Position numbers and translations under genes: made by a program. A stretch of DNA of 64,000 bases, from contig CAVYTU010000012.1 of assembly GCA_963771465.1 (NCBI GenBank), forward strand, positions 192,001-256,000, given 5' to 3'. The stretch's first letter is position 1. The number at the start of each line of letters is the position of its first letter. The notes under the pieces are model-generated. The model worked only from the letters and a program-made list of their open reading frames with translations, searched no databases and had not been told where the DNA came from. Source of the stretch: an uncultured delta proteobacterium (GTDB taxonomy: Bacteria > Desulfobacterota > Binatia > UBA9968). This document shows, piece by piece, positions 1-10,031 of the stretch.

Positions 1-927
1 GCCAAAAAGGAAGGCACCATCGAGTTTTACGGTCCTTCCACCCTAGGTCCTGAGGGTGCCCAAGCGATCGTTTCCGCCTTCAATAAAAAGTATGGATTGA
101 ACACCAAAGTAAATTTTACACCTTCCGGTAACATGACTCGGGATACCGCGAAGGTCGTCGGCTTGTCGGCGTCGGGACAACCGCCGGAATGGGACATCAT
201 GGTCGTCACGGATGCGCATCATGGCTCGCTGTGGCTACGAAAGTTGCACAAGACCTTCGACTACACCAGCGTCGGCGTCGACAAGCAGCGAATCGAATAT
301 GACAGTGGCACTATATCCGTCGCGAACCAGTTTGCCCTTCCGACCTATAATACAAAGCTGGTTGCGGCTAAGGATGTGCCGCAAAAATGGGAAGACCTGC
401 TCGATCCGAAATGGAAGGGTAAGCTGGGTGTTATCAATTCGACGCACCATTTTGGGCGTTTAGCCGCGGGCGCCTGGGGCGACGAAAAAACCCTCGATTT
501 CATAAAAAAACTCGTCGCGCAAAAGCCGCTTTTGACCCGCGCGGGAGAAATGGCCCAACGATTGATCTTGGGTGAAGTGCTGGTGACGGCGACCTTGCAG
601 GACAGCCAGCTGCACGAAGCGAAGGAATCCGGCGCGCCGTTGGCTTTCGCTGAGAAGGTATCACCGGTGATCTCGCCCGAATATCACGTTGGCGTGATAA
701 AAAATGCACCGCATCCCAACGTGGGCCATCTGATGTCGGCTTTTATGGCGTCCGCGGAAGTTCAACCAGCGTGGTTAAAGTATACCGGTCATACCTCTGC
801 TTATGTACCTGGCACCGCGGCTCACAAATTCGCCCAGGGCAAGCAGGTGATTTACATGAAACAAGACCAAGCCGACAAGGTTGACAAAATATCCCGCCAA
901 ATCGGCAAAATCCTCGGCTTTGATTGA
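1..927 (+). CDS. ABC transporter substrate-binding protein (Fe3+/thiamine/polyamine-type), 5' end outside window
   Basis: Frame is open from base 1 (AKKEGTIEFYG...); YNTKLV...P.KWEDLLDPKWKG and NAPHPN motifs; followed by permease and ATPase. Confidence 0.85.
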   Translation, partial: AKKEGTIEFYGPSTLGPEGAQAIVSAFNKKYGLNTKVNFTPSGNMTRDTAKVVGLSASGQPPEWDIMVVTDAHHGSLWLRKLHKTFDYTSVGVDKQRIEYDSGTISVANQFALPTYNTKLVAAKDVPQKWEDLLDPKWKGKLGVINSTHHFGRLAAGAWGDEKTLDFIKKLVAQKPLLTRAGEMAQRLILGEVLVTATLQDSQLHEAKESGAPLAFAEKVSPVISPEYHVGVIKNAPHPNVGHLMSAFMASAEVQPAWLKYTGHTSAYVPGTAAHKFAQGKQVIYMKQDQADKVDKISRQIGKILGFD

Positions 928-962
928 GCACGCTGCCACGCTGGCCCGCCGGAGGAAGAGGT

Positions 963-2723
963 ATGAAAGTCGAATCCCGCGATGAATCGACCGTGGATCC
1001 ATGGGACGGTTGGAGCCGGTTCCTACCCCAGGGAATGACGGTGTTTGCCACGGGGCTTTCGGGATTTTTGTTGCTGCTCATCGGACTGCCAGTGTTGATG
1101 GTCATTCTCATGAGTCTTCGCACTGGCTTTCCCGGCGAGACCGTTCCATTTACATTAGAAAACTTCTCTACCGTTTACTTAGAACCACGAACCTATGAAG
1201 TTTTGTTGAACACCCTGTACTTCGCGGTGTCCAGCGTAGCCATCACGCTTTCGATCACGGTGCCGCTCGTCTGGGTCCTCATGCGAACGGACATACCCTT
1301 CAAAAAAACCATTTACGTCTTGCTCACGATCGGCATCCTCATCCCAGTCTTCCTCCGCACTATCGCGTGGATCTTGCTGCTCAGTCCGAGGATCGGCTTG
1401 ATCAACAAGTGGTTGCAACAACTCTTTGCCCTAAGCGAGCCGCCGTTAAATCTGTACAGCATAACCGGCATGGCCTTTGTCCAAGGCGTATCTTTCGTTC
1501 CGGGCGCGTTCTTCATGTTGGCCGCCGCCTATCGATCCATGGATCCTTCGTTGGAAGAAGCGGCGTACACTGCCGGGGTCGGCAAGCTCAGGACGTTTCT
1601 TAAGATCAACATCCCAATCACCTGGCCGGCGATTGCCGGCGTAATGGTGTACCTGTTTATGACCGCCATTGCGGTCTTTGAAGTGCCAGCGATCATCGGA
1701 ATGCCGGCGCGTATTCACGTGCTCAGCTCGCTCATTTTTACCTCGACGACGCCTTCCACAGGCTTGCCGGATTACGGCATGGCGGGTGCTTATGGCGCGA
1801 TCATGCTGTTGCTCGGGCTGACGCTCGCCTATCTGTATGTCCGGCTGGTGAAGCAAGGAAAGAAGTATACGGTGATCACTGGAAGAGGGTATCGCCCGCG
1901 AGAAATTGCACTTGGACCCTGGAAATGGGCGGCGCTCGCTTTTGTTTTCTTTTATCTGTGCATCGAGGTTTTTGTTCCCTTCGCCGTGTTGTTGTGGGCC
2001 TCAGTCTTGCCATACCTGCAACTGCCAAGCGCCGAGGCCGTTGCCAGCATGACACTGAAACACTACTGGGAGATCCCTCAGCATGTGGGCGTGCAGCCGT
2101 TTATCAATACTTTGATATTGATGTTGGCGGTGCCGACGCTGACGATGATTCTCAGCGTGCTGGTTTCCTGGGTGGTGATTCGCACGCAAGTGTCGTTTCG
2201 CGGCTGGCTCGATACCCTGGCATTCGTTCCGCACGCCGTGCCTGGAATTCTGATGGCGGTGGGCCTGGCTTACTTGGGCCTGGCCTATCGCGATATCTTT
2301 CCGATCTATGGCACGGTGCTGATCATTATCGTCGCGCACACCATCAATTGGATTGCTTACGGCACACGCACCACCAATAGCGTTATGATCCAAGTTCATC
2401 GCGAGCTCGAAGAGGCGGGCAGAGTCGCCGGCGCGTCGTCGCCACGGGTGTTGTGGAAGATTGTGCTGCCGTTAGTCGCAGCGGGCGTGCTCAATAGCTG
2501 GGTTTGGATCGGCATGTTGTCGTATCGCGAAGTGACCATGGCGTTGACGCTCTACACACGCAATAACGTCGTGATTTCCACAGTGGTGTGGCAATTCTGG
2601 GGCAGCGGTTGGGTGCCGCAAGTGGCAGCGCTGGGTGTGATCTTAATCCTCTTCGCCGCGCTGGTCGTCGGCGCGGTCCGTTTGGTGCTGTCCCGCATCG
2701 GCGAGATTGGCGCCGCATCATGA
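963..2723 (+). CDS. ABC transporter permease, FbpB-type with two TM domains
   Basis: Two EAA loops (SLEEAAYTAG, ELEEAGRVAG); highly hydrophobic; ATG 963 follows a purine-rich GGAGGAAGAGG. Confidence 0.88.
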   Translation: MKVESRDESTVDPWDGWSRFLPQGMTVFATGLSGFLLLLIGLPVLMVILMSLRTGFPGETVPFTLENFSTVYLEPRTYEVLLNTLYFAVSSVAITLSITVPLVWVLMRTDIPFKKTIYVLLTIGILIPVFLRTIAWILLLSPRIGLINKWLQQLFALSEPPLNLYSITGMAFVQGVSFVPGAFFMLAAAYRSMDPSLEEAAYTAGVGKLRTFLKINIPITWPAIAGVMVYLFMTAIAVFEVPAIIGMPARIHVLSSLIFTSTTPSTGLPDYGMAGAYGAIMLLLGLTLAYLYVRLVKQGKKYTVITGRGYRPREIALGPWKWAALAFVFFYLCIEVFVPFAVLLWASVLPYLQLPSAEAVASMTLKHYWEIPQHVGVQPFINTLILMLAVPTLTMILSVLVSWVVIRTQVSFRGWLDTLAFVPHAVPGILMAVGLAYLGLAYRDIFPIYGTVLIIIVAHTINWIAYGTRTTNSVMIQVHRELEEAGRVAGASSPRVLWKIVLPLVAAGVLNSWVWIGMLSYREVTMALTLYTRNNVVISTVVWQFWGSGWVPQVAALGVILILFAALVVGAVRLVLSRIGEIGAAS

Positions 2724-2738
2724 TCACATGATGCGGCG
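2711..2738. repeat. Perfect 12-bp hairpin over the permease stop codon
   Basis: CGCCGCATCATG-ATCA-CATGATGCGGCG. Confidence 0.7.
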
Positions 2739-2739
2739 A

Positions 2740-2818
2740 TTCCAGCTTTCAAATTCCAAATTCCAGATTGATCGGAGCCGAGAGCCTATGTGGAATATGG
2801 AATCTGGAATTTGCAATT
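2740..2818. repeat. Inverted heptamer-array hairpin element (TTCCAAA-type)
   Basis: TTCCAGC TTTCAAA TTCCAAA TTCCAGA ... TGTGGAA TATGGAA TCTGGAA TTTGCAA. Confidence 0.75.
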
Positions 2819-2837
2819 CCGAGCAGAGCGAGGACCC

Positions 2838-3911
2838 GTGATTAGCATCCGTGCTTTGCAAAAATCGTTTCGCGCGCAGCAGGGACGTGTGGACGCGCTG
2901 CGATCGATCAACCTGGAAGTCGCCGAGGGCGAGTTCTGCGTTTTGCTCGGGCCGAGCGGCTGCGGCAAGACGACGACCTTGCGCTGTGTCGCCGGGTTGG
3001 AGCGGCCCGACGTCGGCGAGATCGAGATCGCCGGCAAGCTGGTCAATTCACCGGCACGACGCGTTTATGTGCCCACGGAACGGCGCGATCTCGGCATGGT
3101 GTTTCAGTCCTACGCCATCTGGCCGCACATGAACGTGTTTCAAAACGTCGCCTTTCCATTGACTCAAGGGCGAACGCGCTATTCCAAAGCTGACGTTGCC
3201 GATCGAGTTGAGAAAGCCCTCAAGCGCGTGCAATTAGATGGGCTTGGCGAGCGGCCGGCGACGGACTTGAGCGGCGGGCAGCAGCAGCGCGTGGCGATGG
3301 CGCGCGCCATGGTCACCGAGCCGAAGATTCTCCTGATGGACGAACCGCTGAGCAATCTCGACGCACGCTTGCGTGAACAGATGCGCGTGGAGCTGCGTAA
3401 AATTACCAAGTCCATCGGCGTGACCACTTTGTATGTGACGCATGATCAAGCCGAAGCGCTAAGTTTGGGCGACCGCGTCTGCGTCATGCATGCCGGCGAG
3501 ATTCTCCAGATCGCGCCGCCACACGAAATTTACGAACGGCCGGCGAGCCTTTTCGTCGCGCAGTTCGTCGGCGAGATGAATTTCGTCAAAGGCACCGTGG
3601 AGGCGAAGGATCGCGTGGCGTCGCCATTGGGCGCCATCGGCGCGGCGGTGCCGAACGGTATTCACACCGGCGCTGCCGTGACCTTGGCGATCAGGCCCGA
3701 ACACGTGCAGGTAGCCGCAGCGCCCAGTTACGGCATTGCCAACACCGTCGGCAAAGTGACCAGCAAGAACTATCTCGGTGACTCGGCGCTGCTGGAAGTG
3801 GAAGTGAACGGCGTGACGCTACTGGCCAAGCTCGCCGGCGATACCGAGTTGAACGTGGGACAGCAGGCGGTCGTTGAAATGCCGGCGCTGCGCTGGCAGG
3901 TGTTTCCGTGA
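2838..3911 (+). CDS. ABC transporter ATP-binding protein (FbpC/PotA-type, TOBE domain)
   Basis: Walker A GPSGCGKT, LSGGQQQR, MDEPLSNLD; GTG start after AGGA. Confidence 0.92.
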   Translation: MISIRALQKSFRAQQGRVDALRSINLEVAEGEFCVLLGPSGCGKTTTLRCVAGLERPDVGEIEIAGKLVNSPARRVYVPTERRDLGMVFQSYAIWPHMNVFQNVAFPLTQGRTRYSKADVADRVEKALKRVQLDGLGERPATDLSGGQQQRVAMARAMVTEPKILLMDEPLSNLDARLREQMRVELRKITKSIGVTTLYVTHDQAEALSLGDRVCVMHAGEILQIAPPHEIYERPASLFVAQFVGEMNFVKGTVEAKDRVASPLGAIGAAVPNGIHTGAAVTLAIRPEHVQVAAAPSYGIANTVGKVTSKNYLGDSALLEVEVNGVTLLAKLAGDTELNVGQQAVVEMPALRWQVFP

Positions 3912-3931
3912 GTTCAGTAGATACCACTAGC

Positions 3932-4005
3932 CACGAAGGACACGAAAAGCACGAAGTTCAAACTCAAGTATATCTGAATCCTTCGGGTCCGTCGTGCGCT
4001 TCGTG
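3932..4005. repeat. Inverted nonamer-array hairpin element (CACGAAGGA-type)
   Basis: CACGAAGGA CACGAAAAG CACGAAG ... CTTCGGGTC CGTCGTGCG CTTCGTG. Confidence 0.72.
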
Positions 4006-4198
4006 ATGCGGAGAGAAAGAACGATGGTAGCGCTACGCTCAAGCTATTCTACTGCCTGACCCTCGGATCCTTCGTAGACGGTTTCTACCGCTCCCATACT
4101 ACTAAGAGTTGGTGCCTCTTTCATATCATCCTCCACGAATCTTTTCCGAATCTTTACTACTTTGACGCCGTATTCGTTGTGAGTTTCCATCACTGCTC

Positions 4199-6148
4199 TT
4201 AGATTTTTGTCGATTTCACTTGCTCTGCCAGTAATTCTTCAGCTGTTTCCTCCGAGAGGGATTCAACTTCCCTCAGCAATCGCTTCAATTCCTCTTCATC
4301 GGCTTTTTGTTCCTCTTTGTTGCTGATTACAACTGACATGGCGGCGACCGTGGGGGAATCGAACAGCGCTTGAACAGGCAATTGCAATTCAAAAGTTGCA
4401 ATAACGCGAGAAATGATTCGAGTAGCCGAGAGCGAATGTCCTCCTAAGTCAAAAAAGTCGTCGTGGATTCCTACCTCATCCGTTGAGAGAACTTCAGCCC
4501 AGATTTTTGCCAGCTCTTTTTCTATGGCGGTTTTGGGTGCAGCGTATGGAGTTGTCAGCTCCGGTCTCGAAGTGCCAGGATTCGGCAGTGCTTTTCGGTC
4601 TACTTTTCGAGTGTCGGTGAGTGGAATGGCTTCAAGCGTAACAAAGTTATGAGGGATCATATAGTCGGGAAGCTTTTCGTTTAAGAATCTTCTCAGCTCG
4701 CCGACTTTTGGTCCAGGCTGTACGGTAGGTACCAAGTACGCAACCAGTCGCTCGTCACCGGAGTTATTATTCCGCGCGACCACGACTGCTTCCTTGATGC
4801 CGGGACACTCGCGAAGGGCCGCCTCGATCTCATCAATGTCGATTCGGTATCCTCTGATTTTCACAAAAAAATCTTTTCGGCCCAGATGTAACAAGCAACC
4901 ATCTGGCAACATTCGTCCCAAATCGCCGGTGCGATAGATCCGTTCCTTTCCGCCCGCCGGACCGGGTAGAAACACGCCATCTGTGAGGTCGGGCCGACGC
5001 CAATATCCCGGGGAAACGTAACGTGTCTTGACTGCGATCTCCCCTTCGTCGCCGGCGATTTGTTTTCCGGCATCATCGACGAGGAGGATCTCGTTATCCA
5101 TAACAGCATAGCCCACGGGGATCAGATTGCCGCTTATTTGGGTTTCCTTGTTTACGAAGTACATGCGGAGACTTCCAGTTTCAGAGCTCCCGAGTCTGTT
5201 GACCAGGATACAATCCTTTGAAAAAAACTTCTTGAAGAAGTCCAATTCTCGCTTGTAAACGGGCTCCCCTCCCAAACGCAAGATGCGAATGTCTGGAAAT
5301 TCGCTCTGACCCGTCAGACCTTCGACGAACTGGCGAAAGACCGTAGGTACCGAATGGTAAATGGTGATCCTCTCCTCGATTAACCAGTCCCCGAGATGAG
5401 TAAACCCATCCTCTTTGAGATCTAGCGGAAAAAGAGATGCCCCGTTGAGTAAAGCCGCGAAAATATCATGGGTGCCACCATTAACGCTGAATGAATAAAG
5501 CAGAGTTAACCTATCGTCCACGCAGATGTGCAGCGAGTTCGTGTAATTCATCATGAAATGAAGCACGTTAAGATGATTTTGAATAACCCCTTTGGGCTTG
5601 CCGGTTGAACCGGAAGTGTAGATCACCCAGCTAAGAGACTCGGGTTGTATTCCTATGCAAGGATTGCCGTCGGCAAGACTGTCAAGCTCGTCAATATTAA
5701 CCAAATCGAGTATGGTTCCGGCTAATGACTTGGCTAGTGATAGATTCTTGTTGTTCGTCACCATGTAACTTGACTGCAAATCCTCCAAGATATACTTGAG
5801 TCTTAAATGAGGAAGCGAAGGATCCAAAGGCACATAAAATTTGCCCGCCTTCAAAGCGCCGAGTATAGCGGCAATGACTGGGGCGTCCTGTTCCAATAGC
5901 AACGCCACAGGTTCGTTTTTCCTACCTCGCTGAGTAAGGATCGTGTGTGCCATACGATTGGCGGCGCTATTCAAATCGTTGTAAGTCAACGAATGATTTT
6001 TTGTCTTGACTGCAAGGTGATCAGGATAATTCCGTGCAATCTTTTCGAAACGCTGCGGAATCGATTGGTCGGTTTCTTCCCTGCTAAATTCAAGGAATCG
6101 TCCATGCGGATGAAAGCATCTGGAGCGAGCAGCGGCGTCTGAAGTCAT
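4199..6148 (-). CDS. Stand-alone NRPS-like adenylation-PCP didomain protein
   Basis: A3 YTSGSTGKPKG, A7 YRTGDLGR, A8 GRKDFFVKIRGYRI, A10 K in RKVDR; PCP DDFFDLGGHSL; GGAGG RBS. Confidence 0.92.
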   Translation of the reverse strand: MTSDAAARSRCFHPHGRFLEFSREETDQSIPQRFEKIARNYPDHLAVKTKNHSLTYNDLNSAANRMAHTILTQRGRKNEPVALLLEQDAPVIAAILGALKAGKFYVPLDPSLPHLRLKYILEDLQSSYMVTNNKNLSLAKSLAGTILDLVNIDELDSLADGNPCIGIQPESLSWVIYTSGSTGKPKGVIQNHLNVLHFMMNYTNSLHICVDDRLTLLYSFSVNGGTHDIFAALLNGASLFPLDLKEDGFTHLGDWLIEERITIYHSVPTVFRQFVEGLTGQSEFPDIRILRLGGEPVYKRELDFFKKFFSKDCILVNRLGSSETGSLRMYFVNKETQISGNLIPVGYAVMDNEILLVDDAGKQIAGDEGEIAVKTRYVSPGYWRRPDLTDGVFLPGPAGGKERIYRTGDLGRMLPDGCLLHLGRKDFFVKIRGYRIDIDEIEAALRECPGIKEAVVVARNNNSGDERLVAYLVPTVQPGPKVGELRRFLNEKLPDYMIPHNFVTLEAIPLTDTRKVDRKALPNPGTSRPELTTPYAAPKTAIEKELAKIWAEVLSTDEVGIHDDFFDLGGHSLSATRIISRVIATFELQLPVQALFDSPTVAAMSVVISNKEEQKADEEELKRLLREVESLSEETAEELLAEQVKSTKI

Positions 6149-6447
6149 TATAGTCTCTACCTCCGACGTTTGTTCCTGATCACGAAACTATCCTTTAGGG
6201 CATCCAAAAGTATGCGGCAAGAGCGCCGTTGGACCAGTCTTCATTATGCAAATTGGTCCATCCTTCCATAGCCGCCTGAATTTCTCTCTACTCTACTAAA
6301 CGGCCAAAATAAATTGAAGGACTGGATTCTGTTAGGAAGATCCAGCTCCATTTGACCCCAAATTCTCCATCACTCCAATTTTCCGATTCTTGCAGTCACC
6401 CTGTGTCTGTGACATAGCAATTCAATCTTGAAATAGAAGGAATTCAC

Positions 6448-8505
6448 ATGGCTAATTTTACCGCGAAACCGGTGGGTAATTTATTGCGCGCGAAGTCGGT
6501 AGCGATCATCGGCGCGTCGCAGAAAGGCGCTTGGCCGCAGGGGATTTATCGCAATCTCAAAGGTGCGAAATATCCCGGCGGCGTTTATCTGATCAATCCA
6601 AACTACCAAGAATTGTACGGCGACAAATGTTATCCCAACCTCGCGGCTTGCCCGGAAGTGCCCGACGAGTTGCTGATTCTTATTCCGACGCGCGCCGTGC
6701 TCGGCGTTCTTGACGAAGCGGCGAAGCTGGGGACGCGTTCGGCGACTATTTACACAGCCGGTTTCGGCGAAGGCGACGATGAAAAGGGCAAAGAGCGCGC
6801 GCAACAGATGCGCGATCTCTGTGACCAGACCGGCATGGTGATTTGCGGGCCCAACTGCATGGGTTCCTATTCCGTCGGTGAAGGACTGTGGACTTTTCCA
6901 ACCGTGACGCCACTGCTCAAGAAAGGTCCGGTAGGTTTGATTTTTCAGAGCGGCGGGTCGCTCGGCAACTGGATCAAGGGCGCTACGGAACGCGGCATCG
7001 GTTTCAGCTATGCGATTTCCAGCGGCAACGAAGTGAGTCTCGATCTGGTCGATTATCTTTCATTCTTAGTCGACGATCCCGACACCAAAGTGATCACACT
7101 CATGGTCGAAGGCATTCGCCGTCCCAACGAGTTCATGAACGTCGCCGAACAGGCGTTGAAAAAAGGCAAGCCGATCTTAGCGGTGAAACTCGGCCGCTCG
7201 GAAATGGGCAAACGCCAAGCGATCTCGCACACCGGTTCGCTCGCCGGCGCCGACGAAGTGTTCGACGCCATGTGTAAACGCTTGGGCATCATTCGCTGCC
7301 CGACGTTGGAGGATATGACCGAGATCACTCTCGCGTTCATGCCCGGAAGATTTCCCAAAGGAAGCCGCGCGGCGATCGTCGTGAACTCCGGCGGCATGAA
7401 AGGTTTGATTTGCGATCACTGTGAAGACTTGAACACCAACTTGGCCCAATTGAGCCAAAAAACTAAAGACGCGGTGCGGCCATTGATCCCACCGGAATTG
7501 GCGGTCGAGAATCCACTCGAATGCGGCGTCGCCGGATTTGGTGATGAAGCCGGTTTCATTAACATCGTCAAACTACACGCTGAAGATCCGGGCGTCGATC
7601 TACTGGCGATCCACGGTGAGTTGCCGCGCGGTCAGAAGCGCAGCGCAGAGTTGTTCAAAAGCGCGATAGCGGCGACGGATAAACCCGTGCTCGCCTTCGG
7701 TCGTTCGACCTACAGTTGCCTGGATGAAAGCCGCGCGTTTCAGGAAGAAGCGGGCATGCCGTTCTTGCAGGCGATCAAGCCGACGCTGCGCGCATTGGCG
7801 GGATTGGGTTTGTACGGAGAGCGCAGAATTGCCGGCGTTCCGGCATTGCCGGCGGCAAGCGGTAATGCGGCTGATCTCGACGGCGAAAAATTGAACGAAC
7901 TCTTGCAGAGCAAAGGCATCGGTCTACCCAAGCAAGCGCTGGTGGACTCGGCAGCGGATGCGGCGGCACGGGCGAAAGAGATCGGCTTCCCGGTGGCGTT
8001 GAAATTGATCGCCGCGGACGTCGTGCACAAAACGGAGTCCGGCGCGGTGGTTCTCGGTTTGAAGAGTGCCGATGAAGTGCAAGCCGAAGGCGAAAAACTG
8101 TTGGCTAAAATTACGGGCAAATCGCAATTGTTCGTCCAAGAAATGGTGCAAGGCACCGAGGTGCTTATTGGCGCGCGCACCGACCCGCAGTATGGTCCGT
8201 TCTTGATGGTGGGTCTCGGCGGTATCTTCGTCGAAGTTTTGAAAGACGTATCGATTCGCTTGCTGCCAGTGGATGAAGAAGAAGCGCGCGCCATGCTCAA
8301 AGAGCTGCGCGGCTATAAAGTTCTCGAAGGCGTGCGCGGCCAGGGGCCGCGCGACGTTGATGCGTTGGTGAAAGCGATGGTTGCCCTGTCCGACATTTTC
8401 GCCGCGCACAGAAATCATTTGTCGGACATGGAGATCAACCCGATCATGGTGCGCGCGCAGGGCGGCGGAGTAGCAGCGGTGGATGTGCGGCTGGTGCGGA
8501 AGTAG
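6448..8505 (+). CDS. Acetate/acyl-CoA ligase (ADP-forming), fused alpha-beta
   Basis: SVAIIGAS, GPNCMG, QSGG, SHTGSLAG (phospho-His), ATP-grasp HKTESGAV, EINP. Confidence 0.9.
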   Translation: MANFTAKPVGNLLRAKSVAIIGASQKGAWPQGIYRNLKGAKYPGGVYLINPNYQELYGDKCYPNLAACPEVPDELLILIPTRAVLGVLDEAAKLGTRSATIYTAGFGEGDDEKGKERAQQMRDLCDQTGMVICGPNCMGSYSVGEGLWTFPTVTPLLKKGPVGLIFQSGGSLGNWIKGATERGIGFSYAISSGNEVSLDLVDYLSFLVDDPDTKVITLMVEGIRRPNEFMNVAEQALKKGKPILAVKLGRSEMGKRQAISHTGSLAGADEVFDAMCKRLGIIRCPTLEDMTEITLAFMPGRFPKGSRAAIVVNSGGMKGLICDHCEDLNTNLAQLSQKTKDAVRPLIPPELAVENPLECGVAGFGDEAGFINIVKLHAEDPGVDLLAIHGELPRGQKRSAELFKSAIAATDKPVLAFGRSTYSCLDESRAFQEEAGMPFLQAIKPTLRALAGLGLYGERRIAGVPALPAASGNAADLDGEKLNELLQSKGIGLPKQALVDSAADAAARAKEIGFPVALKLIAADVVHKTESGAVVLGLKSADEVQAEGEKLLAKITGKSQLFVQEMVQGTEVLIGARTDPQYGPFLMVGLGGIFVEVLKDVSIRLLPVDEEEARAMLKELRGYKVLEGVRGQGPRDVDALVKAMVALSDIFAAHRNHLSDMEINPIMVRAQGGGVAAVDVRLVRK

Positions 8506-8550
8506 GACCTTTAGCCCCGTGTTCAGTAGAGCTGGTCGTAGATCGCGGCT

Positions 8551-9177
8551 TTACTTTGTAATCAACCGGTTTGACAACTCGTCTTTGTCGTCGGCTTGGC
8601 GCGGAAAATGGGTGGCGAGGATGTCGCCGCAACGCGCGATCGCTTGGCAAAATGCATTGCCGGCTTGCCCCGATTTGATGCCGGCGGTGATCATGTGGAC
8701 GATTTCATCCCAGGTGCCGGCGCTGACTTTTTGATTGATGCCGCGGTCGGCGAGCACTTCGACGCGGTGCTCTAAAAGAGAGATGAGAATCAAGATACCC
8801 GTGTGATCGCGGGTGTGGTGCAAGCCCTGATCGGTAAACGACGCGAGAGCGAGAGTGTGAACCGCCTCGTCGATACGACTCTTGGGCGCGAGCAATCGTT
8901 TCACTAATGCGAGCCGGGAGATGAGGAAACCAATTAACGCCCCGATCACCGGCCAAAGTTGAAAGTAAGGCGACCCCCAGGGATCGCTCCAGATCGCTTC
9001 GGCAATCATGCCGATCAGCAGTCCGAAAATGACGCCGAGCAATTCGATTTCCGTATAGCGCGCTGCCGACGTAACGATCATCGGCACGATCTCGCCGGCG
9101 GTTTTCGACTCGGCAGCGGCGACGGCCTGTCTTATCCGTTCTTTTTCGTCGTCGGTAAAAAAAGTTTCCGCTTTCAT
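8551..9177 (-). CDS. TPM-domain membrane protein
   Basis: AESKTAGEIV, TRDHTGILI.ISLLEHRVEVLADRGI; third gene of lemA-TPM-TPM operon. Confidence 0.85.
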   Translation of the reverse strand: MKAETFFTDDEKERIRQAVAAAESKTAGEIVPMIVTSAARYTEIELLGVIFGLLIGMIAEAIWSDPWGSPYFQLWPVIGALIGFLISRLALVKRLLAPKSRIDEAVHTLALASFTDQGLHHTRDHTGILILISLLEHRVEVLADRGINQKVSAGTWDEIVHMITAGIKSGQAGNAFCQAIARCGDILATHFPRQADDKDELSNRLITK

Positions 9178-9179
9178 GA

Positions 9180-10025
9180 TTACCAGCTATCGGAAGAACC
9201 GCCGCCGCCGAAGCCGCCGCCTCCACCGCTGAAGCCGCCGCCACCAGAACCGCCGCCGAAGCCGCCACCACCAAAACCTCCGCCACCCCATCCGCCTGGG
9301 CCGCCAAAAATTATCGGTCCATGACGTCTGCCGCGGCCATCCCACATGCTGTTGCGCCTGCCGCCGGCCCCGGCGCCTAACGCCATCAGACCCAAGATCG
9401 CGAAGGTGATCGCGATCATAACGGGGGAATTCCAGTTCGACCCGGGACTTTGAGTTTTTTTGCGCGCCGACTCGGGCAACGGCTCTTTGCGGATAATTTT
9501 ATCGATCGCGGCGATGCCGGCGACGATGCCGCCGGCGTAATCCTGCTGGCGGAAGTGCGGTACGATGTAGTCAGCGGTGATGCGTTTCGCGATTGCGTCG
9601 GGCACGATTCCTTCGAGACCGTAGCCGACTTCGAGTCGCAGACGGCGGTCTTTGACCGCGACCACCAAGATCGCGCCGTTATCATGCCCCTTTATTCCGA
9701 TCTTCCAGGTCTCGGCGACACGGATGCTGTAACCTTCGATGTCTTCGCCGTCAAGCGTCGGGATCGTCAACACTACGACCTGATGACCGGTATCCCGCTC
9801 AAGCTGAGCGAGCTGGGATTCCAGCGATTGAACCTGATTCGCTTGCATTACGTTAGCGTAGTCGTTGACGCGTCCGCGCAGGGTTGGGACGTCAAGCGCG
9901 CTGGCGATTGCAGAAAATATGAGACTGAAAATAACTAACAACAGCAGGCGCTGCAGTACTGACCTTGTACCGCGTTGCCTGCTGTTGCTATTGCTGATGA
10001 GCGTTTTCAGAAGAGCAATCCGCAC
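9180..10025 (-). CDS. TPM-domain protein (YgcG-like) with Gly-rich tail
   Basis: RVNDYA, DNGAIL, LRLEVGYGLEG, C-terminal GGGGFGGGGSSDSW. Confidence 0.88.
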   Translation of the reverse strand: MRIALLKTLISNSNSRQRGTRSVLQRLLLLVIFSLIFSAIASALDVPTLRGRVNDYANVMQANQVQSLESQLAQLERDTGHQVVVLTIPTLDGEDIEGYSIRVAETWKIGIKGHDNGAILVVAVKDRRLRLEVGYGLEGIVPDAIAKRITADYIVPHFRQQDYAGGIVAGIAAIDKIIRKEPLPESARKKTQSPGSNWNSPVMIAITFAILGLMALGAGAGGRRNSMWDGRGRRHGPIIFGGPGGWGGGGFGGGGFGGGSGGGGFSGGGGGFGGGGSSDSW

Positions 10026-10031
10026 CGTTAC

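Noticed and set aside
9180-9310. CCGCCG-rich tandem repeat and the Pro-rich antisense ORF 8959-9324
   Set aside because: It is the Gly-rich tail of the TPM protein read on the opposite strand.
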